The notes beneath the pieces were generated by a model that worked only from the letters and a program-made list of their open reading frames with translations, had not been told where the DNA came from and ran no database searches. Shown here in pieces: positions 7,962 to 17,868 of a DNA stretch of 42,435 bases (positions are counted from its first letter, which is position 1; every line of letters begins with the position of its first letter). A program made the position numbers and the translations under genes. The stretch comes from Armatimonadota bacterium. GTDB taxonomy: Bacteria > Sysuimicrobiota > Sysuimicrobiia > Sysuimicrobiales > Kaftiobacteriaceae. Location of the stretch: positions 1-42,435 of the forward strand of contig JACPRY010000002.1 of assembly GCA_016193565.1 (NCBI GenBank), given 5' to 3'.

Positions 7962-8830
7962 CTGCGAAAGGCCTCCGGATGCAGGAGCCGCGCCAGATAC
8001 GCCAGCCCGTCGACGATGCGGGGCCCCGGCCGGGACAGAAGTGCCGAATCGGCGCTGACGACGCGCCCCGACCGGATCGCGTCGACCTGGGCCCAGCCAC
8101 GGCGGGCGAGGACCTGATCGCGCTGGCGATGGGTGAGCACGATGATCTCCGGATTTCGCTGGATCACGGCCTCGGCGCTGAGCTGGGGCCAGCCGCGTAG
8201 ATCCGCGAAGACGTTGCGTCCACCCGCGCGCCGGACCAGATCGTCGATGAACGTCCCCTGCCCTGCCGTGATCAACGGCTCCCCCCAGATCTCGACGTAC
8301 ACCCGAAGCCTCGGCCGTCCCCGCACGGCGGCTTCGACCCCCGACTGCTGCGAGCGCATGCTCGCAATCAGGCGCTGCGCCGCTCGCTCTGATGCCGTCG
8401 CGGCGCCGACGAGCGCAATCTGGGCGTATGTCTGCGGTATCGAATTCGCCTCCACGGCCAGCACCGGCAGTCCCATCGCAATGAGACGCTCAAGCTGCGC
8501 GGCCTGCAGGCCGGGCATCCCGATGATGAGATCGGGCCGCAGGCTCACGATGCGCTCGATATTGAGCTGCACGCCGCCGACGCGGGGTTTCGTCCTGACG
8601 CGCTCCCGCGGGTAGTCGTCAGCATCGCTGACTCCCACGATCCGCCTGTCCAGCCCGAGCGCGAACAGCACTTCGGTGACACTCGGCGCGATGGAGATGA
8701 TGCGGGCCGGTTCCCGGACGAGTGTGACCTTCCGGCCGAGCGCGTCCGTGACCGTGACCGGAAACGCACCGCCGGCCGGCACTGTGGCGGCGAGCACCAG
8801 GGTGAGCGCAAGCCACCAACCTCGAAGCAT
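7958..8830 (-). CDS. Cobalamin/iron-complex ABC substrate-binding protein (BtuF-like)
   Basis: Signal peptide, FPVTVTDALGR, RIISIAPSVTE, ERIVSLRPD, RPGPR; start trimmed to MLRGWW. Confidence 0.9.
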   Translation of the reverse strand: MLRGWWLALTLVLAATVPAGGAFPVTVTDALGRKVTLVREPARIISIAPSVTEVLFALGLDRRIVGVSDADDYPRERVRTKPRVGGVQLNIERIVSLRPDLIIGMPGLQAAQLERLIAMGLPVLAVEANSIPQTYAQIALVGAATASERAAQRLIASMRSQQSGVEAAVRGRPRLRVYVEIWGEPLITAGQGTFIDDLVRRAGGRNVFADLRGWPQLSAEAVIQRNPEIIVLTHRQRDQVLARRGWAQVDAIRSGRVVSADSALLSRPGPRIVDGLAYLARLLHPEAFRR

Positions 8831-8864
8831 CGCTACTCTTCCCAGCTGATCTGCATCCCGAGAT

Positions 8865-9353
8865 TCATTTGAGCGTCCACGTTTTCCGCCAGCTTTCGGG
8901 GAGATCGAGTTCGGCAATTTTCGCGTAGAACACCCACATCCCATGATGAAGCGTTTCGTGTTGTAACAGATACATGAGGTGCTGCAGCAGCGTCGCCTGG
9001 GTCCCATGCCACTCGATCGTACGGGCGGCATCGGCCTCACGCAGCGCGGCGAGCAGCGAGGCGTCTTGTTCCCGCAGGAACGCGTCCAACCGGTCCTTCG
9101 ACTGCTCGAGCGCGCGCTGCCTGGGTCGTGTCGCAAAATCCAGCCGGCCGCTGGTGATCGCGGCGACGTAGGCGGCCTGAATCTCTCCGACGTGACGGAT
9201 CTGGCGGATCAGCGTTCCGAACCCGGGATGGGGCGAGAAGTTCATCACGGCGTAGGGCAGAGACCGCAGGAGATCGTACGTCAACGCCCGCGCCGCCTGC
9301 CACGCGTCCGCCCACTGCTCGATCTCAGGAGTCGGAAACGCCGGCTCCGGCAT
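8865..9353 (-). CDS. DinB/DUF664 family protein
   Basis: IRHVGEIQ and HETLHHG His motifs; AGGAG SD before ATG 9353. Confidence 0.82.
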   Translation of the reverse strand: MPEPAFPTPEIEQWADAWQAARALTYDLLRSLPYAVMNFSPHPGFGTLIRQIRHVGEIQAAYVAAITSGRLDFATRPRQRALEQSKDRLDAFLREQDASLLAALREADAARTIEWHGTQATLLQHLMYLLQHETLHHGMWVFYAKIAELDLPESWRKTWTLK

Positions 9354-9390
9354 GTCGCTCCTACGTTCGCGCACGCCAGATGCAATCCCC

Positions 9391-10521
9391 CTACGGGGGC
9401 CTGCCGGCGAGACGGCGCGCCCATCGGACAAAGCGCGCCCACCACGATCCCCTCCTGACATCTTCGGCGGCGAGCAGCCGCACGTGAGCGACCACCCTGC
9501 CCTCACTGCTGAACACCGCAGTGCCGACAATCTGGCCGCTGCGCACCGGCGCACCTGTCGAGAGCAACGTAATACGCGTTGCAATGGAAGCGCCGCGCCG
9601 GACCGGCACGACGACCTCGTCCTCCGCGACCGCCACCAGGAAACGCGCCCCGCCGGGCAGAGGCCCATCATACAGGATCTCTCCGGCCGCGGCCGCTCGG
9701 ACCGGTGAAAATGCGGCGAAGCCGTAGTCAAGGAGCGCCGCGGCGTCTCTGTACATCCGTGGAGCGTTCAGTACGACGGCGATCAGCTGCCAGCCGTCCC
9801 GGGTGGCTGAGGCGATCAGGCACGGCCCGGACTGTGCGATCCACCCCGTCTTCACGCCGTCGGCCCCACGATACCGCCAGAGCAGGCTGTTTGTATTGAT
9901 CAGCATCATCGACTGTTGGCCGGGGCGGGCGAGGCTCCAGGTTTGCGTGCGGACGATCTCGGCAAACCGGGGAATTCGAAGGGCCGCGCGGGCGATCACC
10001 GCCAGGTCGTAGGCCGTTGCCAGGTGACGCGGATGATAGCGCCCGTGGGGCGAGTTGAAGTGACTGCGCCGCGCGCCGAGCGTCTTCGCACGAGCGTTCA
10101 TCTGGACAGCGAACTGGTCGAGCGATCCGGCCACCGCTTCAGCCAGCGCGATTGCGGCGTCGTTCGCGGAGTGCATCAGCAGCGCATAGAGGAGGTCGCG
10201 CGCCTTCCACCGTTCGCCGGCTTCGAGTCCGATCGCCGACCCAGACCGCTCCTCCGAAGCGCGCTCGTGAATCGGAACCAGTGTCTCGTCGGTCAGCGCC
10301 TCCATCGCGAGGAGTGCGGTCAGGATCTTTGTGGTGCTGGCGGGGGGCCGGGGGACGTCGGGCGATTTCGCGTGGAGCACGCGGCCGCTGCGCGCGTCCA
10401 TCAGGACTGCCGAGGTGGCGCCGATGATCGGGGGGCGGGGCGTTGGGGCCGCCGGCGCCGGCGTACTGATGACGGCGGCCAGCAGATGAAAGACGAGCGC
10501 CGCCGCGGCGATCCAACGCAC
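9391..10521 (-). CDS. Serine D-Ala-D-Ala carboxypeptidase (S11; DacB/DacF-like)
   Basis: PASTTK (SxxK), SAN (SxN), KTG; signal peptide after GTG 10521. Confidence 0.92.
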   Translation of the reverse strand: MRWIAAAALVFHLLAAVISTPAPAAPTPRPPIIGATSAVLMDARSGRVLHAKSPDVPRPPASTTKILTALLAMEALTDETLVPIHERASEERSGSAIGLEAGERWKARDLLYALLMHSANDAAIALAEAVAGSLDQFAVQMNARAKTLGARRSHFNSPHGRYHPRHLATAYDLAVIARAALRIPRFAEIVRTQTWSLARPGQQSMMLINTNSLLWRYRGADGVKTGWIAQSGPCLIASATRDGWQLIAVVLNAPRMYRDAAALLDYGFAAFSPVRAAAAGEILYDGPLPGGARFLVAVAEDEVVVPVRRGASIATRITLLSTGAPVRSGQIVGTAVFSSEGRVVAHVRLLAAEDVRRGSWWARFVRWARRLAGRPP

Positions 10522-10534
10522 GGTGCCGCGGCGA

Positions 10535-11107
10535 TCAGGACGGCGCAGACAGTTCTTCCTGGGAAGGCGCGACACCGTCGAGCGCCTTGCGGGGGTCATG
10601 GTTGGCAAGTGGCGGAAGACTGGTGAGATCTTTGAGTCCGAAGTGCCGCAGGAACGCTTCGGTCGTCCCGTACAGGAACGGCCGGCCGGGCGCCGGGCGC
10701 CGGCCGACTTCTCGGATCAGGTACCGGTCGAGGAGCTTCTCCAAAACGTGCTCGCAGCGCACCCCACGGACCGCTTCGATCTCCCCACGCGTCACCGGCT
10801 GTCGGTACGCGATGATCGCGAGCGTCTCCAGCTGCGCATGCGTGAGCGTCTCCTGATGCTCCAGCTGGAGAAAGCGCTGCACATAGTCGGCGTAGGCCGG
10901 CCGGGTGACCAGCTGGTACCCGCCGGCGACTTCCTGAATCTGCAGGCCGTGGCCCTCGTAGTCACGGGCCAGATCAGCCAGCGCAGAGATGATGACCTCG
11001 TCGCGTGCGCCGAGCGCCTCACGTAGCTGCTGAAGCCGGACCGGGCCGCCGCCCACGAGGAGGAGGCATTCCGCGGCCCGCTTGAGCATGTCGTCGCCGA
11101 CGCTCAT
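10535..11107 (-). CDS. scpB: SMC-Scp complex subunit ScpB
   Basis: LETLAIIAYRQPVTRGEIEAVRGV, PGRP.LYGTT..FL..FGL. Confidence 0.96.
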   Translation of the reverse strand: MSVGDDMLKRAAECLLLVGGGPVRLQQLREALGARDEVIISALADLARDYEGHGLQIQEVAGGYQLVTRPAYADYVQRFLQLEHQETLTHAQLETLAIIAYRQPVTRGEIEAVRGVRCEHVLEKLLDRYLIREVGRRPAPGRPFLYGTTEAFLRHFGLKDLTSLPPLANHDPRKALDGVAPSQEELSAPS

Positions 11108-11829
11108 GACACCATGAGGAGCCGGATCGGCGCGAACATCCCGCGCTGATGCGCGCGAACCCGCCGCTCATTGATCAGTTCCAGCAGGGCCAAAAACGTC
11201 ACGATCACCTCGAGTGTGCCAGCCGCCTGCGAAAACAGCGCGGGGAACTCAACGCCGTCGGGGTGGGACGTCAGCATCGCCAGGATCGCCTCCATCCGGT
11301 CGGCGACCTTGACCTCTTCGGTCGGGATCTCTCCGATCTCTTCCTGTGCGCGTTCCAGCACGCGCTGGAATGCGCGAAAGAGGTCGTCAATCGTCACGCC
11401 CTCGAGGACCATTGCTTCGGGGTCGCCGGTGGTCGTTCGGGAGAAGACGCGCTTCTGGTAGTCCTCAAGCGCCCGGAGTGCGGTGGCGACTTCTTTGAAC
11501 GCGCGGTACTCGGCCAGACGTTCCTCAAGCCGCTCCTGCAGATCGCTCGCTCCCTCTTCGGCGGCGAGGGCCTCCTCAGACGGCTCGGGTTTAGGCACGA
11601 GCAGTCTGGACTTCATCTCGATCATTGCGGCGAGTGTCCAGAGCACTTCGGTCGCCTGCTCGAGGTCGACGCCGCTGTGGGTGGTCGCGAGGTAGTCCTC
11701 GGCAATCTGCCCGAGCGGAATCTCGCGGAGGTCAATCTGACCCTGCTGCGCCAGCGAGAGCAGCAGATCTAGCGGGCCCTCGAACTGTGGGAGCTTCACA
11801 CTGTAGGGGTGTCTTGGCTCATTGGCCAC
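11104..11829 (-). CDS. scpA: Segregation/condensation kleisin ScpA
   Basis: FEGPLDLLL, KSRLL.P, VTFLALLEL. Confidence 0.95.
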   Translation of the reverse strand: MANEPRHPYSVKLPQFEGPLDLLLSLAQQGQIDLREIPLGQIAEDYLATTHSGVDLEQATEVLWTLAAMIEMKSRLLVPKPEPSEEALAAEEGASDLQERLEERLAEYRAFKEVATALRALEDYQKRVFSRTTTGDPEAMVLEGVTIDDLFRAFQRVLERAQEEIGEIPTEEVKVADRMEAILAMLTSHPDGVEFPALFSQAAGTLEVIVTFLALLELINERRVRAHQRGMFAPIRLLMVS

Positions 11830-11843
11830 GGGCTAACCCTCCA

Positions 11844-11943
11844 ACTGCGGAAACAAGGAAACGTGGAAACTAGGAAACGACACGAAATCAACTGAAGTTC
11901 GGTGTTTTGTTTCCTCGTTACCTTGTTTCCTCGTTTCCGCAGT
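11844..11943. repeat. Inverted octamer-array element, GGAAACNN family
   Basis: ACTGC+(GGAAACNN)x4 at 11849-11880, 26-nt spacer, (TYGTTWCC)x4 at 11907-11938 + GCAGT. Confidence 0.92.
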
Positions 11944-11959
11944 CATGCCCTAGCAAGCT

Positions 11960-12574
11960 TCAAAAGAACGTTGCTCCCGTCGCCTGCGCCACCAGCCACC
12001 GCATCGGCGGGATCATGAAGGCCGAGAGGACATTGGTGAACGCAACCAGCAGCAGCAGGACGAGTGTCCCGTAGGGTGTGAACCGAGCATAACTGATCGC
12101 TTGCGCCGGAGGCAGGAGTCCCATCAGGATCTTCGAGCCATCGAGCGGCGGGACGGGCAGGAGGTTGAAGACGGCCAGCATCGCGTTGATACGAATCGTC
12201 GTCAGCAGCAGGCGTTCGAGCGGCGCCGAGAAGTCGAGCAGACCGAGTTTGAACGGCATGCCCAGCAGAAACAACAGCGTCACGTTGGCCAGGGGGCCGG
12301 CCGCGGCGACGATCATGGTGTCCCGCCGCCACTCCCGGAAGTTCGCGGGATTGATCTGGACGGCCTTCGCCCACCCAAACCCGGCCAGAAGGATCAGCAG
12401 GGACCCCAACGGATCGAGGTGAGCCAGCGGGTTGAGGGTCAGCCGCCCCTGGCTCCTGGGAGTGGAATCCCCCAGGCGATCGGCGACGTACGCGTGGGCG
12501 TATTCGTGGACGGTGGCTGCAACGATGAGCGCCGCGGCGACCCGCAGGAGCGTTGGGAGATCGAGACCCAGCAT
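11960..12574 (-). CDS. Site-2 protease family (M50) membrane metalloprotease, YwhC-like
   Basis: HEYAH, GRLTLNPLAHLDP, AGPLAN, FNLLPVPPLDG. Confidence 0.93.
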   Translation of the reverse strand: MLGLDLPTLLRVAAALIVAATVHEYAHAYVADRLGDSTPRSQGRLTLNPLAHLDPLGSLLILLAGFGWAKAVQINPANFREWRRDTMIVAAAGPLANVTLLFLLGMPFKLGLLDFSAPLERLLLTTIRINAMLAVFNLLPVPPLDGSKILMGLLPPAQAISYARFTPYGTLVLLLLVAFTNVLSAFMIPPMRWLVAQATGATFF

Positions 12575-12593
12575 TCCGGAACCACTTTCGCTG

Positions 12594-13898
12594 CTACAGG
12601 GCCACGTCCTTGCGCACGAGGTCGTCGTAGGTTTCCCGCTCCACAATGGTGCGCGCGTGTCCTCGGCCCGCGAGCACCACCGCCGGGCGCGGAAACCGGT
12701 TGTAGTTGCTCGCCATTGAGTAGGTGTACGCGCCGGTGGAGAAGGTCGCCAGTAGATCGCCCGGCTTCACCTCGGGCAGGTGTGCTTCCCAGATCAGCAC
12801 GTCGCCCGATTCGCAGCACCGTCCGGCGACGGCGACAGGCTGCGCCGCCTTCGCGTCAGGACGCGTGGCGATCGCGGCTTCGTATCGCGCGCCATAGAGC
12901 GCCGGCCGGGGGTTCTCGAACATCCCGCCGTCCACGGAGACATAGGTACGCACGCCGGGAATGACCTTCACGGCTCCGACAGTATACAGCGTGACGCCCG
13001 CATCGCCGACGATTGAGCGTCCCGGTTCCACGAAGAGTGTGGGTGGGCTCAGGCGATGCTCGCCGAGTTTCGCGTTGACCGTCTGTGTGAGCGAGCCAAT
13101 GTAGTCGCGGATCGACGGCGTCTCATCCGTCCGGAGGTAGCGGATGGCGAGTCCGCCGCCGAGGTTGAGTTCTTCAACGGTGACGTCGAACTCGTCGCGG
13201 ATGCGCGCCGCGAAATCCAGCAGCGCCGCCGCCGATTGCCGGAACGGTTCGAGATCGAAGATCTGGGACCCGATGTGCGCGTGCAGCCCGCGAAGATGGA
13301 CACCCGGCATCTTCCGGGCCCGTTCCACTGCCCGGTACGCCGCGCCGTCGAGGATCCCAAAACCGAACTTCGAGTCCACGCCGCCGGTCCGGATCGCCTG
13401 GTGCGTGTGGGGTTCGATCCCGGGCGTGAGTCGGAGCTGAATGTGCGCCTGTACACCCAACCGTCCGGTCAGTGCTTCGAGCAGATCGAGTTCGTAGTCA
13501 TTATCGACGATGAACCGACCGACCCCAATCCGCAGCGCATCTTCGATCTCGTGCGGCGTCTTGTTGTTCCCGTGGAAGTACATCTCGGAAGCCGGCACGC
13601 CGGCGCGGCGCGCGGTGTAAATCTCTCCGCCCGACGCGACGTCAACACCGAGTCCCTCCTGATGTGCGATCTGACAGGTCGCAACGATGCAGCAGGCCTT
13701 TGACGCGAAGAGCACCCGACCGGTTCCATACGATTGGGCCATGATGCCCGTGTAGGCGCGGCAGTTCGCGCGGAGCCGGTCTTCGTCCAACACGTGCAGC
13801 GGCGTGCCGAACTCGCGCGCCAGATCGGCCGCGTCGCAGCCCGCGATTTCGAGATGGCCCGCCGTAGAGATTCCGAACCCGAAGAGCGCCATAAACAT
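12594..13898 (-). CDS. lysA: Diaminopimelate decarboxylase
   Basis: FGTP, ASKA (PLP Lys), HGNNK, SKFG, HIGSQI, EPGRSIV, CESGD, GAY...MASNYN. Confidence 0.95.
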   Translation of the reverse strand: MFMALFGFGISTAGHLEIAGCDAADLAREFGTPLHVLDEDRLRANCRAYTGIMAQSYGTGRVLFASKACCIVATCQIAHQEGLGVDVASGGEIYTARRAGVPASEMYFHGNNKTPHEIEDALRIGVGRFIVDNDYELDLLEALTGRLGVQAHIQLRLTPGIEPHTHQAIRTGGVDSKFGFGILDGAAYRAVERARKMPGVHLRGLHAHIGSQIFDLEPFRQSAAALLDFAARIRDEFDVTVEELNLGGGLAIRYLRTDETPSIRDYIGSLTQTVNAKLGEHRLSPPTLFVEPGRSIVGDAGVTLYTVGAVKVIPGVRTYVSVDGGMFENPRPALYGARYEAAIATRPDAKAAQPVAVAGRCCESGDVLIWEAHLPEVKPGDLLATFSTGAYTYSMASNYNRFPRPAVVLAGRGHARTIVERETYDDLVRKDVAL

Positions 13899-13902
13899 CA
13901 GT

Positions 13903-13931
13903 ACTGTACCAGGGCGGCATTGCGGCAGCAA
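13903..13931 (-). promoter_or_regulatory. Putative sigma70 promoter of lysA (extended -10)
   Basis: TTGCTG-N17-TACAGT with TG at the extended position; ATG 4 and 10 nt downstream. Confidence 0.55.
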
Positions 13932-13963
13932 GCAAGATTCGTCAGCTCCCTTGGCGACCGGCG

Positions 13964-13992
13964 TTGCGGCTGTGGATTTGGGCAAGTACACT
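13964..13992 (+). promoter_or_regulatory. Putative sigma70 promoter of the thiolase gene
   Basis: TTGCGG-N17-TACACT, back to back with the lysA promoter. Confidence 0.55.
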
Positions 13993-14029
13993 TGAGACGG
14001 CGGGCGCCATCGCACCCGCAGGTGATTGT

Positions 14030-15208
14030 ATGCGAGACGTCGTGATTCTCAGCGCGGCGCGCACGCCCATCGGCCGCTTCCTGGGCGGCCTGGCCGCCAT
14101 CCCGGCGCCGCGCCTGGGCAGCATCGCCATCGCCGAGGCGATCCGTCGGGCCGGGATTGATAAGGGCGACGTCGACGAAGTCCTCATGGGCCATGTGCTG
14201 ACCGCCGGGGTTGGAGGGGCGCCGGCACGTCAAGCCACACTATACGCGGGCCTGCCGACCTCCGTGCCTGCGACCACCATCAACAAGATGTGCGGCTCTG
14301 GCCTCAAGACGGTGATGATGGGGGCACAGGCGATCGCCGCCGGCGACGCCGACATCATCGTTGCCGGCGGGATGGAGAACATGAGCGCCGCCCCCTACCT
14401 CCTGCCGCGTGCCCGCGCCGGCTACCGGCTGGGCGACGACAAGATCATCGACACGGTGCTCCACGATGGCCTGGTTGATGCCTTCAAACACATTCATATG
14501 GGCAACTGCGCGGAGATCCTGGCACGCGAGTACAAGATCTCCCGCCAGGAGCAGGATGACTACGCTCGGCTGAGCTACTCGCGCGCGATCGCGGCGATGG
14601 ATGACGGGTTCTTCGCAAACGAGATCGTCCCAGTCGAAGTGTCCCAGGGCAAAGCCGAACCGGCGATCGTCGCCGAAGACGAGGAACCCCGCCGCGTAGA
14701 CTTCGGCAAGATGGCAACACTGCGTCCCGTATTCGAGGAGAACGGCACGGTGACGGCGGCCAACGCCAGCAGCATCAGCGACGGCGGGGCGGCGGTGGTG
14801 ATTGCGGCGGCGGAGGTCACAAAGGCGAAGGGGCTTCGCCCCCTGGCCCGCATCGTCGGCCAGGCGGGGGCGGCGATGGCTCCGGAATGGTTCACGATCG
14901 CCCCCGCGCAGGCCGCCCGGGCGCTGCTGGACAAGGTCGGCTGGTCGAGAGATCACGTGGATCTGTTCGAGATCAACGAAGCCTTTGCCGCGGTCGTCAT
15001 TGGGGTGTGCCGCGACCTCGGTCTCGCGTATGACCGGGTGAACGTCCACGGCGGCGCGGTCGCCATGGGTCACCCTATCGGCGCAAGCGGCGCCCGGATT
15101 CTCACCACCCTGCTGTATGCGATGCCGCGGAACGAAGCCCGGCGCGGTGTCGTCGCGATCTGCCTGGCCGGGGGCGAGGCCGTCGCCCTCGCAATCGAAA
15201 GGATGTAG
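14030..15208 (+). CDS. Acetyl-CoA C-acetyltransferase (canonical thiolase)
   Basis: NKMCGSG, GGMENMS, NEAFA, GHPIGASG, ICLAGG: all catalytic Cys/His/Cys present. Confidence 0.95.
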   Translation: MRDVVILSAARTPIGRFLGGLAAIPAPRLGSIAIAEAIRRAGIDKGDVDEVLMGHVLTAGVGGAPARQATLYAGLPTSVPATTINKMCGSGLKTVMMGAQAIAAGDADIIVAGGMENMSAAPYLLPRARAGYRLGDDKIIDTVLHDGLVDAFKHIHMGNCAEILAREYKISRQEQDDYARLSYSRAIAAMDDGFFANEIVPVEVSQGKAEPAIVAEDEEPRRVDFGKMATLRPVFEENGTVTAANASSISDGGAAVVIAAAEVTKAKGLRPLARIVGQAGAAMAPEWFTIAPAQAARALLDKVGWSRDHVDLFEINEAFAAVVIGVCRDLGLAYDRVNVHGGAVAMGHPIGASGARILTTLLYAMPRNEARRGVVAICLAGGEAVALAIERM

Positions 15209-16996
15209 TTGACGCCGGCGGCTTACCTGACGCTTGCCGTTCTACTCGTCGCTACCGTCGCCTTCGCCAGCGGCCGGTGGCGGCCCGATGCGGTCGCCGT
15301 CCTCACCCTGCTCGCGCTGCTCCTCGGCGGGGTGATCTCCCCCGAGAAAGGATTCGCCGGCTTTGGCTCTCCGGTGCTCGTCGCCGTCGCGTGCGTCCTC
15401 GTGGTGAGTGCCGCCCTCGACCGCACCGGGATCGCAGCGACCATCGGCCGGCGCATCCTCCGTGCCGCGGGCGCGAACGAGCTGCGGCTCGTTATCACCT
15501 TCGGCACCGTGGCCGGCCTCCTGGCCGGCGTCATGAACAGCATCGGTGCGATCGCCGTGCTGCTGCCTGCCGCCATGGCCGCGGCGCGCGAAGCGCGGAT
15601 GAGCCCCTCAAAGCTGCTGCTGCCGCTTGCGCTCGGAACCCGGCTCGGCGGCAACCTGACCTTGATCTCCGGACCCAGTAACCTCATCGCCAGCGACGCG
15701 CTGGTTCACGGCGGAGGGCGCCCGTTGGGATTGTTTGAATTTCTTCCCCTCGGCCTCGCATTTCTCATCGGCGGCATGGCCTTCATCGCCTATGTTGGGC
15801 GGCGATGGTTGCCGGATGTGCCGATCCACGAGCTCCCGCGGTCAGGGCGGCTGATGGAACTCTACCGCCTCAAAGAGCGGCTGTTCGAGGTGAAGATCCC
15901 TGAGGACTCGCCGCTGGTCGGCCGGACGATCGGAGAAAGCAATCTCGGCCGCGCGCACGGGCTGACGGTGCTCCGCATCACCAGGGCCGGCCGCCAGATC
16001 CTGGCACCGACCCGCGAGGAGGTCCTGTTCGACGGAGATCTGCTTACCGTGCAGGGCTTGATGGAAGCGTTGACCAAGGACGGTGCCCTGCAGACCATCG
16101 GCCTCGGGCCGGCCACGGAAGTCACCGCGCCGTTGCTGGAATCGGCCGACGTCCGTGTCGTGGAGGTGATCCCGGCGCCGCGCTCGACATTTGCGGGAAA
16201 GACGCTGCGCGAGATTGGCTTCCGCGAAAAGTATGGCATGACCGTGCTCGCAATCTGGCGTGAGGGCCAGCCCCGGCGCACCGGTCTGGTCGATCTGCCG
16301 GTCCGGTTAGGCGATGCGCTCCTCGTGCAGGGGCACAGGGAGCGGATCAGACTGCTCAAGCGGGATCCTGAGTTCCTTGTGCTTGAGCCGGAGACCGAGG
16401 AGATCCCGCGCGCCGACCGGGCGGCGTGGGCGCTTGCGGCCGTCGTGCTCATGATCGCGGCGATCACCGCCGACGTACTCCCGGTCGCCGTCGCCACACT
16501 GCTGGCCGCGGGTATTGTCGTCGCTGGTGGATGCCTGACATTAGAGGAAGTCTACCGGTCGATCGACTGGCGGGCCCTGGTGATGATCGGCGCGATGTTG
16601 CCGGTGGGGGACGCCCTCGGCGCCACCGGGGCCGCAGGGGTGGTGGTCACCGGCACCCTCGAATTTATCGGCCGGACCCCGCTGGCGGCCATGTCCGCGC
16701 TGCTGCTTGCGGCGATCGCCATCAATCAGCTGATGCCGAGCATCGCCGCCACCGCGCTGCTGGCGCCGATTGCGCTCCAGGCCGCCCAGGCGACCGGCGG
16801 GAATCCCGTCGCCTTCGTGATGGCGGTGGTTGCCGGAACCGGTACAACCTTCACGCCGATCAGCAACCCCGTGAACCTGCTGGTGATGGGACCCGGCGGT
16901 TACAAGGTGAGCGACTACGTTCGGATCGGCCTGCCGCTGGCGCTCGTCCTCGGCGCAATCGCGGTGCTGGTGATCATCACCTTCTGGCCTCTGTGA
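15209..16996 (+). CDS. SLC13/CitMHS-type permease with two TrkA-C (RCK_C) domains
   Basis: Multiple TM segments, SKLLLPL...LGG.LTLI...NL, two SPL.G.T RCK_C-like repeats, GGYK.SDY.RIG. Confidence 0.88.
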   Translation: MTPAAYLTLAVLLVATVAFASGRWRPDAVAVLTLLALLLGGVISPEKGFAGFGSPVLVAVACVLVVSAALDRTGIAATIGRRILRAAGANELRLVITFGTVAGLLAGVMNSIGAIAVLLPAAMAAAREARMSPSKLLLPLALGTRLGGNLTLISGPSNLIASDALVHGGGRPLGLFEFLPLGLAFLIGGMAFIAYVGRRWLPDVPIHELPRSGRLMELYRLKERLFEVKIPEDSPLVGRTIGESNLGRAHGLTVLRITRAGRQILAPTREEVLFDGDLLTVQGLMEALTKDGALQTIGLGPATEVTAPLLESADVRVVEVIPAPRSTFAGKTLREIGFREKYGMTVLAIWREGQPRRTGLVDLPVRLGDALLVQGHRERIRLLKRDPEFLVLEPETEEIPRADRAAWALAAVVLMIAAITADVLPVAVATLLAAGIVVAGGCLTLEEVYRSIDWRALVMIGAMLPVGDALGATGAAGVVVTGTLEFIGRTPLAAMSALLLAAIAINQLMPSIAATALLAPIALQAAQATGGNPVAFVMAVVAGTGTTFTPISNPVNLLVMGPGGYKVSDYVRIGLPLALVLGAIAVLVIITFWPL

Positions 16997-17000
16997 AACT

Positions 17001-17078
17001 GCCGAAGGTCGTATGTCGAAGGTCGAATGTTGCCACGGAAATTGCTCTCGACTTTCGACCTACGACCTTCGACCTACG
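17001..17078. repeat. Inverted heptamer-array element, GTCGAAG family
   Basis: GCCGAAG GTCGTAT GTCGAAG GTCGAAT, 17-nt spacer, TCTCGAC TTTCGAC CTACGAC CTTCGAC CTACG; CTA 17074-76 is the trmI stop. Confidence 0.85.
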
Positions 17079-17868
17079 TTGTTTTCTCTGGTTGGATCTT
17101 CCTGGCCGTGGTGATGAAGGCGGTATGCGCCACCATCCGGTGTGCCGGACGTACGCTCTGCCCCTCAATGTTCCACGGCCGGAGCAGCGTCTCGCTCGTC
17201 TCAATCATGGCAAACGTGCCCTCCCGACGGAGCGTCTCCACCATCTGCGCGGCCTGCGGGACCGTCGGCACATACGACAGCAGCACCCCACCGGGACGGA
17301 GGGCCCCCGCTGCGTGCGGAACGACCCGCCAGGGCTCGGGGACATCAAGGAGGATGCGGTCGAGCGGTTGATCGGGGATTGCCTCGTACACGTCCTGCGC
17401 CCGCAGGACGAGATGATCCACTGGACCCAGATACCACTCGATGTTCTGGACCGCCCGTCGTTGGAACTCCTCGCGGACCTCGTACGAGAACACCCGGCCG
17501 TTGGGTCCCGCTGCGCGCAGGAGCGCCATGGTCAGCGCGCCGGACCCCGTGCCGGCTTCAAGGACCGTCGCGCCTGGAAAGATGTCCGCCGCAATGAGGA
17601 TCACGCTGAGGTCCTTCGGGTAGATGATCTGCGCCCCGCGGGGCATTTCGAGTACGAACTCAGCCAGCGTGGGCCGGAGGAGCAGGAACTGCTCTCCGCG
17701 TGTGGTGGTGACGTACCGGCCTTCGGACGTGCCGAGGAGCTGGTCGTGCGGAAGTTTGCCGCCACGCAGATCAGCAGTCGCGCCGGCGCGAAGCGTGATC
17801 ATGTAGCGCCGGGATTTGCGGTCAATGAGCAGCACGGGCTCGCCTTCATGGAGCGGGCCGCTGCGCAC
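17074..17868 (-). CDS. trmI: tRNA (adenine58-N1)-methyltransferase
   Basis: MPRGAQIIYPKD, EAGTGSGALT, LDVPEPW, RPAHRMVAHTAF. Confidence 0.93.
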   Translation of the reverse strand: MRSGPLHEGEPVLLIDRKSRRYMITLRAGATADLRGGKLPHDQLLGTSEGRYVTTTRGEQFLLLRPTLAEFVLEMPRGAQIIYPKDLSVILIAADIFPGATVLEAGTGSGALTMALLRAAGPNGRVFSYEVREEFQRRAVQNIEWYLGPVDHLVLRAQDVYEAIPDQPLDRILLDVPEPWRVVPHAAGALRPGGVLLSYVPTVPQAAQMVETLRREGTFAMIETSETLLRPWNIEGQSVRPAHRMVAHTAFITTARKIQPEKTT

